Origin: Planctomycetales bacterium
GTDB taxonomy: Bacteria; 4484-113; JAFGCY01
Direction: 5' to 3'
Assembly: GCA_022646745.1 (NCBI GenBank)
Contig: CP060262.1
Span: 870,001-902,000, forward strand
Length of the DNA stretch: 32,000 bases
Part shown: positions 4,963 to 12,950 of the stretch, piece after piece
How the letters are laid out: every line of letters starts with the position of its first letter
Numbering within the stretch: the first letter of the stretch is position 1
Program-made: the position numbers and the translations under genes
Notes under the pieces: generated by a model
Seen by the model: only the letters and a program-made list of their open reading frames with translations
What the model was told of the DNA's origin: nothing
The model's database searches: none

Positions 4963-6397
4963 CGGCCGCTTCCTCGCGCTCGATGCCATCCATCCGTGAA
5001 TGTGTCACCCGCCCGCCGCAGATTGTCAGCATTGCGCGGCCCCGGCAGTCCCAGCCCGTAAATGGCGTGTTCTTCCCCTTGCTGGTGAACTGCTTCGGAT
5101 CCACCTGCCAGCTGGCCTGCGTGTCCAGCAGCACCAGGTCCGCCACTTCGCCTGCCGCGATCCGCCCGCCGCTGAACTGCACCGGGCGGGGCAGGAAGTC
5201 GCGCATCGCCTCCGTTGTCATCTGCGGGATCCGCCCGCGCCGCCAGCCCTCGCGCCTGCCGTTCAGGATATCCGCCGGCCCGCTCGTCATCAAGCGCAGC
5301 ACCTGCTCGAGCGTGATCTCGCCCGCCGCCGTGCTGCTGCCAACGACATGTTTCCCCAGCAGGCCGAAGCTGGTCTCGAAGCCGCTGAAGCCAAAGGGGG
5401 CCAGCTTCAGTTCCTGGCTCTTCTCGTCAACCGTGTGCGGCGCGTGGTCGGTCACCAGCGCGTCAATCGTGCCGTCGGCAATTCCGCAGAGCAGCGCCTG
5501 CCGGTCGCGCTCCTCGCGCAGCGGCGGGTTGATCTTGGCCTGGGTGCCGTATTTCTCGATCGCCCTGTCAGTCAGGATCAGGTGGTTATGCGTCACGTCG
5601 CAGGTCACGAGCCCCGGCATGCCCTCCTGCTGCTCGCGCAGCTTGCCGAAGCGCACCAGCTCGAGCGCGCCGCGGCTGGCCATGTGCGTCACCTGCACCG
5701 CCATCCCGGTCTGGATCGCCATCAGCACGGTGCGGGCCGTGCCGAGGTCCTCGCTCAGGTAGTCAATCCCGCCCTGGCCGAGCATCGCGCTGACCAGGCC
5801 CTCGTGCATCACGCCGCGCGCCAGCTCCACCACCTCAGTGTGGATCAGGGCCCGGCTGCCGGGCAGCATCGAGAGGAACTCGAAGGCGTGCATGAACACG
5901 TCGCTCCTGAGGGTGTCACTGCCGTCATCGGTGTAGATGCGTACGCCCGCGCTGTACAGCGCCGCGAGGTCCGCCAGCGCTTCACCGCGCCGGTTGAGGC
6001 TCAGGCAGCCCGAGGGCGAGACCCGGCAGTAGCCGACACGCGCTGCACGGTCGCGGATGTAGTCCGCCACCGGCCCGCGGTCCACCGGCGGGTCCGTATT
6101 GGGCATGCAGACTACCGTGGTGTAGCCGCCCGCCGCTGCCGCCGCCGTACCCGTGCGGATGTCCTCCTTCCAGGTCTGGCCCGGGTCGCGCAGGTGGCAG
6201 TGCAGGTCCGTGAAGCCGGGGCTGAGCAGCAGGCCCTCGCCGGACACTGCCAGTCCATCAAATGTATTGGGGTCGATCGATCCGGCGGGGGCGATCGCCG
6301 TGATCATTCCGCCGCTGACATGCACATCCGCCGGGCCGCCGATCTGCGTGCCGTCGAACACTTGTGCGCCGTGGATCAGGATGTCCCTGTGCTTCAT
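4949..6397 (-). CDS. pyrC: Dihydroorotase
   Basis: Amidohydrolase/DHOase motifs occur in order: DLHCHLRDPG (HxH metal site), CMPNTDP, YTDDG, VTHMAS, CDVTHNHL, NPPLR, VTDHAPH and GEVADLVLLD. At 482 aa it is longer than typical because of an insertion near the C-terminal beta-sandwich. Confidence 0.9.
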   Translation of the reverse strand: MKHRDILIHGAQVFDGTQIGGPADVHVSGGMITAIAPAGSIDPNTFDGLAVSGEGLLLSPGFTDLHCHLRDPGQTWKEDIRTGTAAAAAGGYTTVVCMPNTDPPVDRGPVADYIRDRAARVGYCRVSPSGCLSLNRRGEALADLAALYSAGVRIYTDDGSDTLRSDVFMHAFEFLSMLPGSRALIHTEVVELARGVMHEGLVSAMLGQGGIDYLSEDLGTARTVLMAIQTGMAVQVTHMASRGALELVRFGKLREQQEGMPGLVTCDVTHNHLILTDRAIEKYGTQAKINPPLREERDRQALLCGIADGTIDALVTDHAPHTVDEKSQELKLAPFGFSGFETSFGLLGKHVVGSSTAAGEITLEQVLRLMTSGPADILNGRREGWRRGRIPQMTTEAMRDFLPRPVQFSGGRIAAGEVADLVLLDTQASWQVDPKQFTSKGKNTPFTGWDCRGRAMLTICGGRVTHSRMDGIEREEAADGTA

Positions 6398-6451
6398 CTG
6401 TTGCAGCCTTCCAGGCCTTGCGGGCCAGCCAGATTATATGCGATGCCCCTC

Positions 6452-8005
6452 TCAGAACTGGCTGCCGAAGGCCAGGCCCCAGGAGTTGTCACTGCCGTCC
6501 CAGGCCTGCCCGATCCAGCCACCGACCTTGAAGCCGCCGTAGATCGGCAGCTTGAACAGCCCGCCGACGCCCCAGGAGTTGAGCGATTCCATGTCATCCA
6601 GGGTCTCGCCGATGAAGCCGTTGTCACTGAACACATAGGCCTCGTAGTTGCGAGATTTGTCCAGCGTGCAGCGGTACTCCGCGCGGGCCCCGACGAACTT
6701 GGTGGCCGCATAGGTGTCGTAGGTGTAGCCGCGCACATTGCCGGCCCCGCCCGCGATCAGCTCGCTGGCCCAGGGCACCTTGCCATCGGCGAGGTCGGCC
6801 TGCAGCTGCACGGACAGGCTGGCGGTGTCGAAGAAATCGCGGATGTCATTCTCCACGCCGATGCCCGGCTCCAGCTCGGTGCGCACCTGCGGCCCGGCGA
6901 TGTTGTGCACCGGGATGTAGCGCCGCAGGTCGAGCCGGAAGCGCTGTGAGTCGAAGTTGCCGAAGGTCTTGGATGCGCGCGCGCTGTAGCTCCAGCCCTT
7001 CTTCGGCAGGAAGGTGGAGTCGCGCTCGCCGCTGCTCCAGGTGATGTAGGTCTCCACGCCGTTGCCCGTCGGGGAGAAGTCCCCGCGCGGGGCCACGCCG
7101 CTGCCGTTCGGGTTGCCGGCGTAGACCCAGGCCTCGTGCCGGAAGATGCCGGCGCCGACGCCCCAGCTGCCCGGCAGCCGGCCGAGCGGGGCCTCGCCAT
7201 TGAAGCCGTAGGCGTAGTCCACCCGCGAGACCCGGGTGCGGATCTCCGCCACCTCGCCGATGGTGTCACGCTTGCGCGTGCGCCATGTATTGGCAACGCT
7301 TGCGCTGTAGCTCTCGGAATTGCGCCCGCTGTTCAGTGTGTTGTCAGTGAAGGAGAAGCTGCCGTAGGGGTCGTCCGCCTCCTTGGTGGCGACGCCGATG
7401 CTGGCGGACAGCTGCTTGTTGCTGTTGTCGAAGAAGAAGTCGTTGTAGCGCACCCCGACCAGCCCGCCGGCCAGCGAGGTGTAGCTCGGCTCCGGCACCC
7501 AGTTCTGCGGGTTCTGCGAGGTGTAGCGGATGTCGATGTTGACACTGCCGTCCTTGTTCTCCCAGACCTGCCAGCTCAGTGAGGAGAAGATCTGGCGGCT
7601 GTAAGCCTGCTTGGCCAGCCTCAGGAAGCGCTCCTCAATGTAGGGCGCGCCCTGCGGCACCTGCAGGATCAGCACGGCGAGCTCCGGGTCCAGCGTGCCG
7701 GTATGCTCCACCACCCGCACGTCCGCGATGAAGTGCATCCGGCCCTCATCGTAGGCATCGGCGTATTCGCGCAGGTCCTCCGCCGTGAGGTAGGCCAGCG
7801 CCTGGGGGTCGATCAGCTGGAAGATGAACTGCGGCAGGACATCGAGCACATCATCGGGGATTTCCTCGTAGGTGATGGCAGCTGCCGGGCGCGCGCAGGC
7901 CAGCATGCAGACAAGCACGAGCAATGCCCTGACGGCTATCTCACCAGCCCTGATTGGCTCCTCCTCCTCGGACAGCGATTCTAGCACGCAGGCCAGACCA
8001 CACAT
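6452..8005 (-). CDS. Omp85/BamA-family outer-membrane beta-barrel protein (surface antigen D15-like)
   Basis: The hydrophobic N-terminus is ...VRALLVLVCMLACARPAAA. An alpha/beta N-terminal (POTRA-like) region is followed by alternating beta-strand sequence. The motif GGAGNVRGY and the aromatic C-terminus ...GLAFGSQF are typical of Omp85 barrels. The exact start is uncertain. Confidence 0.7.
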   Translation of the reverse strand: MCGLACVLESLSEEEEPIRAGEIAVRALLVLVCMLACARPAAAITYEEIPDDVLDVLPQFIFQLIDPQALAYLTAEDLREYADAYDEGRMHFIADVRVVEHTGTLDPELAVLILQVPQGAPYIEERFLRLAKQAYSRQIFSSLSWQVWENKDGSVNIDIRYTSQNPQNWVPEPSYTSLAGGLVGVRYNDFFFDNSNKQLSASIGVATKEADDPYGSFSFTDNTLNSGRNSESYSASVANTWRTRKRDTIGEVAEIRTRVSRVDYAYGFNGEAPLGRLPGSWGVGAGIFRHEAWVYAGNPNGSGVAPRGDFSPTGNGVETYITWSSGERDSTFLPKKGWSYSARASKTFGNFDSQRFRLDLRRYIPVHNIAGPQVRTELEPGIGVENDIRDFFDTASLSVQLQADLADGKVPWASELIAGGAGNVRGYTYDTYAATKFVGARAEYRCTLDKSRNYEAYVFSDNGFIGETLDDMESLNSWGVGGLFKLPIYGGFKVGGWIGQAWDGSDNSWGLAFGSQF

Positions 8006-8168
8006 TTAATTATGCGCGGCATGGCGCCTTCCCAACACAATCTCCACGATTCGGCTGATTTTCAGTTTCCTGTTTAGCGGGGTCAGGTGGCGGGTAACAA
8101 GTACGGTTTGGAAATATCCACACCGATTTCATCCGGTACAGCTTCAAGACCGGCCAAAGGAGAAATAT

Positions 8169-9215
8169 TTGAAGCGCCTCAACACTTTTGCGATTTCCAT
8201 CCTGATCATCATCCTTGCCGCGCTGGCGGCTTCCTGCGGTGGCAGCACCATCGGTGTCGGCCAGCCGGAGGGCATCAACGACGATACACAGGGCAATGGC
8301 GCCATCGAGCAGCAAATCCCCGAGGAGTTCAATGCTGACGAGCTCCCAATGCTGCCCTTCGACGGCGGTGACGAGGAGCAGCAGATCGTGCTGCAGGCCA
8401 AGGGCGCGAGCTGGGTTTCCAGCCCGGACCACCTCACTCCGGTGCTGCACCACAACGCCGGCGTGGACCCCGGTGACCCGAACTGCTACCTGCTGAAGGG
8501 CCGCAAGCCGGTCTTCACCCACGTGCCGCAGGGCCCGGACTTCGCCTACGCGCTCTACCAGATCCCGGTCGGCGCGCTTGAGACTGACCTGCTGAGCATG
8601 AAGGTCGAGGCCGCCCCCGGTGCCGCCGGTGACTTCTACTTCGGCGCGATCGCCAACTACAGCGGCATGGTCTGGGACTTCTTCGGACCGGAAGGCGCCG
8701 CCCCGACGTGGAGCGTTGACATGCAGAGCCTGGGCTATGACTTCACCAGCCCGGCCGGCAACCTCTACGTGCTGCTGCTGGTGCCTGCGGCCCAGAGCCT
8801 GCACGTGACCGACATCGTGCTGGACTACAAGGACCGCGACAAGCCGGTCGACCCGAACCCGGAGATCTGGAACGTCTGGGGCAAGGCCTATGAGGACTAC
8901 GCCACCGGCAGCGCGCATGGCGGGATGGACGTGATCTTCCGCGACATCAACACCAGCGCCTGGTACGTCACGATGGCTGACGCCGCCGGCAACTGGGGCA
9001 TGAACCTGCCGACCGGTGAGTACGACTTCTGGGTGATCGGCAACGAGATGCTGCTCGACGTGAGCGGCCCGGTGGCCCTGATCGACTACCTGCCCGACGG
9101 TGTCGGCACCCGCCTCGACCTCGACGGCAGCGGCCAGATCGTCTACCAGGGCAGCAACGCGGTCTACAACGGCAGCGTGGTGCCGATGCCGCTGATCACC
9201 GCCAACAGCTTCTAG
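8169..9215 (+). CDS. Lipoprotein with the shared N-terminal module and a C-terminal carboxypeptidase-regulatory-like (prealbumin-fold-like) domain
   Basis: The TTG start at 8169 follows AAGGAG (8156-8161). The lipobox is ILAALAASCGG. The shared module runs FAYALYQ...FYFGAIANYSGMVWDFF...GNLYVLLLV. The C-terminal pattern MADAAGNWGMNLPTGEYDFWV is present. Confidence 0.8.
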   Translation: MKRLNTFAISILIIILAALAASCGGSTIGVGQPEGINDDTQGNGAIEQQIPEEFNADELPMLPFDGGDEEQQIVLQAKGASWVSSPDHLTPVLHHNAGVDPGDPNCYLLKGRKPVFTHVPQGPDFAYALYQIPVGALETDLLSMKVEAAPGAAGDFYFGAIANYSGMVWDFFGPEGAAPTWSVDMQSLGYDFTSPAGNLYVLLLVPAAQSLHVTDIVLDYKDRDKPVDPNPEIWNVWGKAYEDYATGSAHGGMDVIFRDINTSAWYVTMADAAGNWGMNLPTGEYDFWVIGNEMLLDVSGPVALIDYLPDGVGTRLDLDGSGQIVYQGSNAVYNGSVVPMPLITANSF

Positions 9216-9226
9216 GAATTGGCAGC

Positions 9227-9255
9227 ACGGAACTACGGAGAAACGGAACAGAGGA
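9227..9255 (+). repeat. (ACGGA N3)x3 plus one degenerate copy, exact 8-nt period, just after a stop codon
   Basis: ACGGA occurs at 9227, 9235 and 9243, with GAGGA at 9251. The array starts 12 nt after the TAG stop at 9213-9215. Confidence 0.7.
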
Positions 9256-9264
9256 GAAATGATG

Positions 9265-9297
9265 AGGCCCCGGGAGATCCCGGGGCCTTCTGCTTTT
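9265..9297 (+). terminator. Rho-independent terminator for the 8169-9215 gene
   Basis: The 10-bp GC-rich stem is AGGCCCCGGG (9265-9274) / CCCGGGGCCT (9279-9288) with loop AGAT, followed by TCTGCTTTT. Confidence 0.7.
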
Positions 9298-9308
9298 CAT
9301 TGCAGGCA

Positions 9309-9345
9309 AGAGAAAAAGGGGAGGCCCGCTGTATCAGGCCTCCCC
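9309..9345 (-). terminator. Rho-independent terminator for the minus-strand 9438-11156 gene
   Basis: On the minus strand the stem GGGGAGGCC (9337-9345) / GGCCTCCCC (9318-9326) has a 10-nt loop and is followed by TTTTTCTCT (complement of 9309-9317). A further 10-bp hairpin at 9363-9391 has no T-tract. Confidence 0.6.
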
Positions 9346-9437
9346 GCTGTAGTGCGTACTGCGGAGCCCGGGCTGAAGGGTCCCGGGCTCCCGGTGGGCT
9401 TGGCCCGGGGTATGCTCCCCGGAGCCGTCATGCACAG

Positions 9438-11156
9438 CTACATGCCCGGCGGCGGGGGTCCGTGGACGAACACCACCAGCGCGAGCAGGCTGTTGTCATC
9501 TGTGATAACCGCATCGACAGTCACATGGCTGCCGATCTCGACGTCATCCCATGATCCGGGACCTTCCGGCAGCAGCCAGGCGGTCTGCGGATCGTGCTTG
9601 AAGGTCCAGGCGTCATCGGTGTTGAAGCCATGCACCTCGAAGCTGTTCTCGTTGGCACTGACGAACTGGCCGTCGACGGTGATGTACTCACCGCCACCGC
9701 CGCCACCACCGCCGCCGCCGTTGTCACCGAAGTCCATCACGACATCGGCGATCATCGCGCCATCCGGGGTGATCTGGCCGTCAACATGCACGAAGTCGCC
9801 GATGGCAACATCCTGCCAGCCACCCTCCATGCCGTCAGGCAGCAGGAACAGGGTGTGGCCGTCATGGCCGACCGTGAACGGTGCGCCGGCGGGACCCTGG
9901 GAGACGCTGATGGTCTCGGGGCCGATCGCGGTCACTTCGCCATCCAGCACGAAGGTCTGGCCACCGCCACCTCCGCCGCCGCCACCGCCGCCGTTGCCAC
10001 CGTTCTCGATGACAACGAAGCGGGCAAGCCACTGGCCGTCGGGGGTGATGTCACCTTCGGCATGCACGCAGTCGCCGGGCATGATGTCGCTCCACACAGC
10101 CGGACTGCCGTCAGCGTTGACGAACAGTGTGGCCTCATCGTGGAAGATCATCGGCGGGGCGAACCCGGCGGTGCCGTCGACCGTGAAGAACTCCGGCGTG
10201 ATGTCGATCACGGGGCCGTCGATGGTGAACATCTCACCGCCGCCGCCGTTGCCATCGACCATCTGCACGCTGAGCGCGATGCAGCCGCCGCCGATCACCG
10301 GGTCGTCCGCCATGTAGCCATCGACCGCGGCGAACATGCCGGGTGCGAAGGCATCCGGGCCGACCTCGTTGCCAGCCATGTCGAACCACAGGGTATCCGC
10401 ATTGTGGATGAAGTAGTGGCCGGCCACGCTGATGCTGAGGTCGTCAATGTGGTCAATCGGGCCGATCGCGAAGCAGGGGTCACCCGGGCCGCCGCCCGGT
10501 CCGCCGCCGTTGCGCTCACCGGTGGTGATCGTGGCCTGGTCGACGTAGAGGCTCTTGCCGCCATCAACCAGCACGACCCAGTACAGGTTGCCAAGCTGGC
10601 TGATGAACTGGCTCTCGCCCTCACTGAACTCGACGTTCACCTCCGGCAGCTGGGTCTCGATCACCCAGTGCCAGCGGTTGTCATCGAAGCTGCCGAGCGC
10701 CACGTAGTAGGTGGTGTCGAGGTCCTGCGGGCGGGTCTCCAGCGCGAAGCTGAGCACCTTCTGCCCCTGCAGCCCGTCCGCCTTGTACAGCGACCAGGCT
10801 GCTTCCTCAGCACTGCTCTCGAGCAGCAGGCTCGTACCATCGACGGTGCCGCCGGAAGCGACGAGGAAGTCGCTGCCGTTGTAGGTCTTCACCGCTGATG
10901 TACTGCGACTGCCGCTGTCAGCGACTGTCCCGCTGTCCTGCGGCACGCTGGGAAGCGGAGTCCCCAGTGGCAGCAGTTCGCCCCCGGAAGTTCCGGTGGA
11001 CTGGCCCGTGGAATTGATGCTATCGAGGGAAGACCCCGCATCCGCCGACAGTCCCGCTCCGCCTCCGCAAGACGCCAGCAGCATTGCCAGCACAAGCGGG
11101 AAGACGAAGATGGCCAGCCGGTGAAGCGACCCCTTCTCCCCTTGGTGATTCTTCAT
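9438..11156 (-). CDS. Lipoprotein: shared N-terminal module plus four DUF5666-like modules separated by poly-Gly linkers
   Basis: ATG 11156 has a strong GGAGGTG RBS. The lipobox is LAMLLASCGGG. The shared module runs AAWSLYKADGL...YYVALGSFDDNRWHW...GNLYWVVLV. Four repeats of the pattern x-[FI]-x-[VI]-DG-x-[VI]...G-D/S-x-V-x-V-[DE] are separated by Gly runs of 4, 10 and 11 residues. Confidence 0.85.
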   Translation of the reverse strand: MKNHQGEKGSLHRLAIFVFPLVLAMLLASCGGGAGLSADAGSSLDSINSTGQSTGTSGGELLPLGTPLPSVPQDSGTVADSGSRSTSAVKTYNGSDFLVASGGTVDGTSLLLESSAEEAAWSLYKADGLQGQKVLSFALETRPQDLDTTYYVALGSFDDNRWHWVIETQLPEVNVEFSEGESQFISQLGNLYWVVLVDGGKSLYVDQATITTGERNGGGPGGGPGDPCFAIGPIDHIDDLSISVAGHYFIHNADTLWFDMAGNEVGPDAFAPGMFAAVDGYMADDPVIGGGCIALSVQMVDGNGGGGEMFTIDGPVIDITPEFFTVDGTAGFAPPMIFHDEATLFVNADGSPAVWSDIMPGDCVHAEGDITPDGQWLARFVVIENGGNGGGGGGGGGGGQTFVLDGEVTAIGPETISVSQGPAGAPFTVGHDGHTLFLLPDGMEGGWQDVAIGDFVHVDGQITPDGAMIADVVMDFGDNGGGGGGGGGGEYITVDGQFVSANENSFEVHGFNTDDAWTFKHDPQTAWLLPEGPGSWDDVEIGSHVTVDAVITDDNSLLALVVFVHGPPPPGM

Positions 11157-11343
11157 AAGCTCACCTCCTGATTGGATAATCAGATTCTATGCATCCCAGC
11201 CGGGAAAGAAAGGGTCGGAAGCGACCCAATATTGCTGGGACAGTTCAGTCGACATGTTTTCAGCAAGTGTTTATCCGGATTGGAGAAACACTGTATTACC
11301 TATTTAATTCTACAACCGAAAGCCCTGTCCGGCCACCGCAAGC

Positions 11344-11389
11344 GTCCCAGTCACTTTCCACCTTGACTGTCCCAGTAACTTTGGGACAG
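11344..11389. promoter_or_regulatory. Candidate operator: direct repeat GTCCCAGT(C/A)ACTTT x2 overlapping the inverted repeat CTGTCCCA-N7-TGGGACAG
   Basis: GTCCCAGTCACTTT is at 11344-11357 and GTCCCAGTAACTTT at 11369-11382. The inverted-repeat arms are at 11367-11374 and 11382-11389. A further TGGGACAGT lies at 11236-11244. All sit in the divergent intergenic region 29-75 nt upstream of the MocR-like regulator start. No binding data exist. Confidence 0.35.
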
Positions 11390-11417
11390 TACTGGTAGAC
11401 TGTAAACACCGGATGAA

Positions 11418-12950
11418 ATGAACCTGACCATAGACAAGCAGGGCAGTGAACCCGTCTACGAGCAGATCCGCCGCCAGATCGAGGAACTGGTCGGCGAGGG
11501 CCTGCTCACGGCGGGCACGCGCATTCCTTCCGTACGCCAGCTGGCGGCCTCGCTTGGCCTATCCAAGAATACCGTCAGTGTGGCTTATGAGGAACTGGCG
11601 GCCCGGCATATCATCGAAACCAAACCCGGCAGCGGCACCTTCATCTGTGCGCGGCCGGAAGTGGCCACCGGAGTCAACCTCGGCCGGCGCAACGAGATGA
11701 ATGGCGAGCTGTCGGACTTCCCGCCGATGCGCTGGGAGCCCTACTTCTTCCGCAGCGAGTTCTTCGGCATGCTGCCCGGCAAGCGCGTGAGTGAGATGAT
11801 CCGCTTCACGCACAACTACCCGGACCCGGAGCTGTTCCCCTTCGAGCGCATCAAGCAGGTCGCCACCAACATGCTGTGGAACCCGCAGAGCTTCTTCTTC
11901 GACATCTCGCACCCGCAGGGCTACCAGCCGCTGGTGGAGCACCTCGAGAAGGAAATGGCGCTGGCCGGGATCCCGATGGCTGAGGGCCAGAACGACATCA
12001 TCATCACCGGCGGCTTCCAGCGCGCGCTCTCGCTGATCCTGGACTTCATCGTGCGCCCAGGCCAGAAGGTGGCGATCGAGAGCCCGAGCTACTCCAACCT
12101 GCTCAACCTGCTGATCGCCAAGCACATCGACTACCTGCCTGTGCCGGTTGACAGCGAGGGGATGGACACCGAGTTCCTGGCAACGGCGATGGCACGCGGG
12201 GAGGTCTGCGCGGTGATCTGCACGCCGGACTTCCACAACCCGACCGGGATCTGCATGAGCCGCGAGCGCCGCGAGCACCTGCTGCGCCTGGCGATGCAGC
12301 ACCGGGTGCCGATCCTTGAGGATGACCAGGGTCGCAAGCTGCGCTTCGAAGGCGAGGACAATCCACCGCTGAAGTCGATGGACTACGGCGGATACGTGAT
12401 CCATGCCAGCAGCTATGGAATGTGCTTCCTGCCAGGCCTGCCGATCGCCTGGGTGACGACGCCGGCCGCGATATCGGCACCATTGCTTGACGCCAAGCTG
12501 GCTGCTGACCGCGGCGACAGCTACTTCCTGCATGTGCTGATGCACAACTTCATCGTCAAGGGACATTTTGACAGGCACATCCGCAAGTCCCAGCGTGAGT
12601 ACAAGCGCCGCCGGGATGCCATGGTGGAGACATTGTCAAAGTACCTTCCAAGCGAGTGCCGCTACCGTGTACCGCAGGGCGGCTTCACGATCTGGCTTGA
12701 GCTGCCCCAGCCGATGAATTCGATGAAAGTACTGGAACACAGCCGGCGGGCCGGGGTTGACTTCGTGCCGGCCCCGATAGTGATGCCTGACCGTAAGGAC
12801 TGCAATTGCCTGCGCCTGAGTTATTCGCGCAATGGTGTCGAGGATATTCGCTCGGGAATCCGCACGCTATGTGATGTGATCCGTAGCTGCGTCGACAATC
12901 CGGACCTGATGGAGGGTCCGGAAATGAAATATGAGGATCTGCTGAAATGA
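11418..12950 (+). CDS. MocR-subfamily GntR transcriptional regulator (wHTH fused to a fold-type-I aminotransferase-like domain) with degenerate PLP-site residues
   Basis: The N-terminal GntR wHTH is YEQIRRQIEELV...IPSVRQLAASLGLSKNTVSVAYEELAARHIIETKPGSGTFI. The C-terminal aminotransferase-like motifs are VAIESPSYSN, TPDFHNPTG, ILEDDQ and SSYGMCFLPGLPIAW. The last motif aligns without gaps to the usual FSKxLxPGLRxGY. Confidence 0.9.
   Translation: MNLTIDKQGSEPVYEQIRRQIEELVGEGLLTAGTRIPSVRQLAASLGLSKNTVSVAYEELAARHIIETKPGSGTFICARPEVATGVNLGRRNEMNGELSDFPPMRWEPYFFRSEFFGMLPGKRVSEMIRFTHNYPDPELFPFERIKQVATNMLWNPQSFFFDISHPQGYQPLVEHLEKEMALAGIPMAEGQNDIIITGGFQRALSLILDFIVRPGQKVAIESPSYSNLLNLLIAKHIDYLPVPVDSEGMDTEFLATAMARGEVCAVICTPDFHNPTGICMSRERREHLLRLAMQHRVPILEDDQGRKLRFEGEDNPPLKSMDYGGYVIHASSYGMCFLPGLPIAWVTTPAAISAPLLDAKLAADRGDSYFLHVLMHNFIVKGHFDRHIRKSQREYKRRRDAMVETLSKYLPSECRYRVPQGGFTIWLELPQPMNSMKVLEHSRRAGVDFVPAPIVMPDRKDCNCLRLSYSRNGVEDIRSGIRTLCDVIRSCVDNPDLMEGPEMKYEDLLK

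Noticed and set aside
5000-6949. 649-aa plus-strand ORF
   Set aside because: It is antisense to pyrC and to the Omp85-family gene and spans both. The composition is Arg/Ala/His/Pro-rich low-complexity sequence typical of shadow ORFs in high-GC DNA. It has no RBS, and the opposite strand carries unmistakable DHOase motifs.
7637-7655. GTAGGGCGCGCCCTGC (a 12-nt perfect palindrome AGGGCGCGCCCT preceded by GTAG) as a third REP-like unit
   Set aside because: It lies inside the Omp85-family coding sequence, shares no further similarity with the 17522 and 31103 elements, and is most likely chance in GC-rich DNA.
9259-10898. Plus-strand ORFs with PPPPPPPPPP runs (9259-10317 and 9594-10898)
   Set aside because: The poly-Pro runs are the reverse complement of the poly-Gly linkers of the minus-strand lipoprotein. 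That lipoprotein has a strong RBS, a lipobox and four repeated modules also seen in the 19743 gene.
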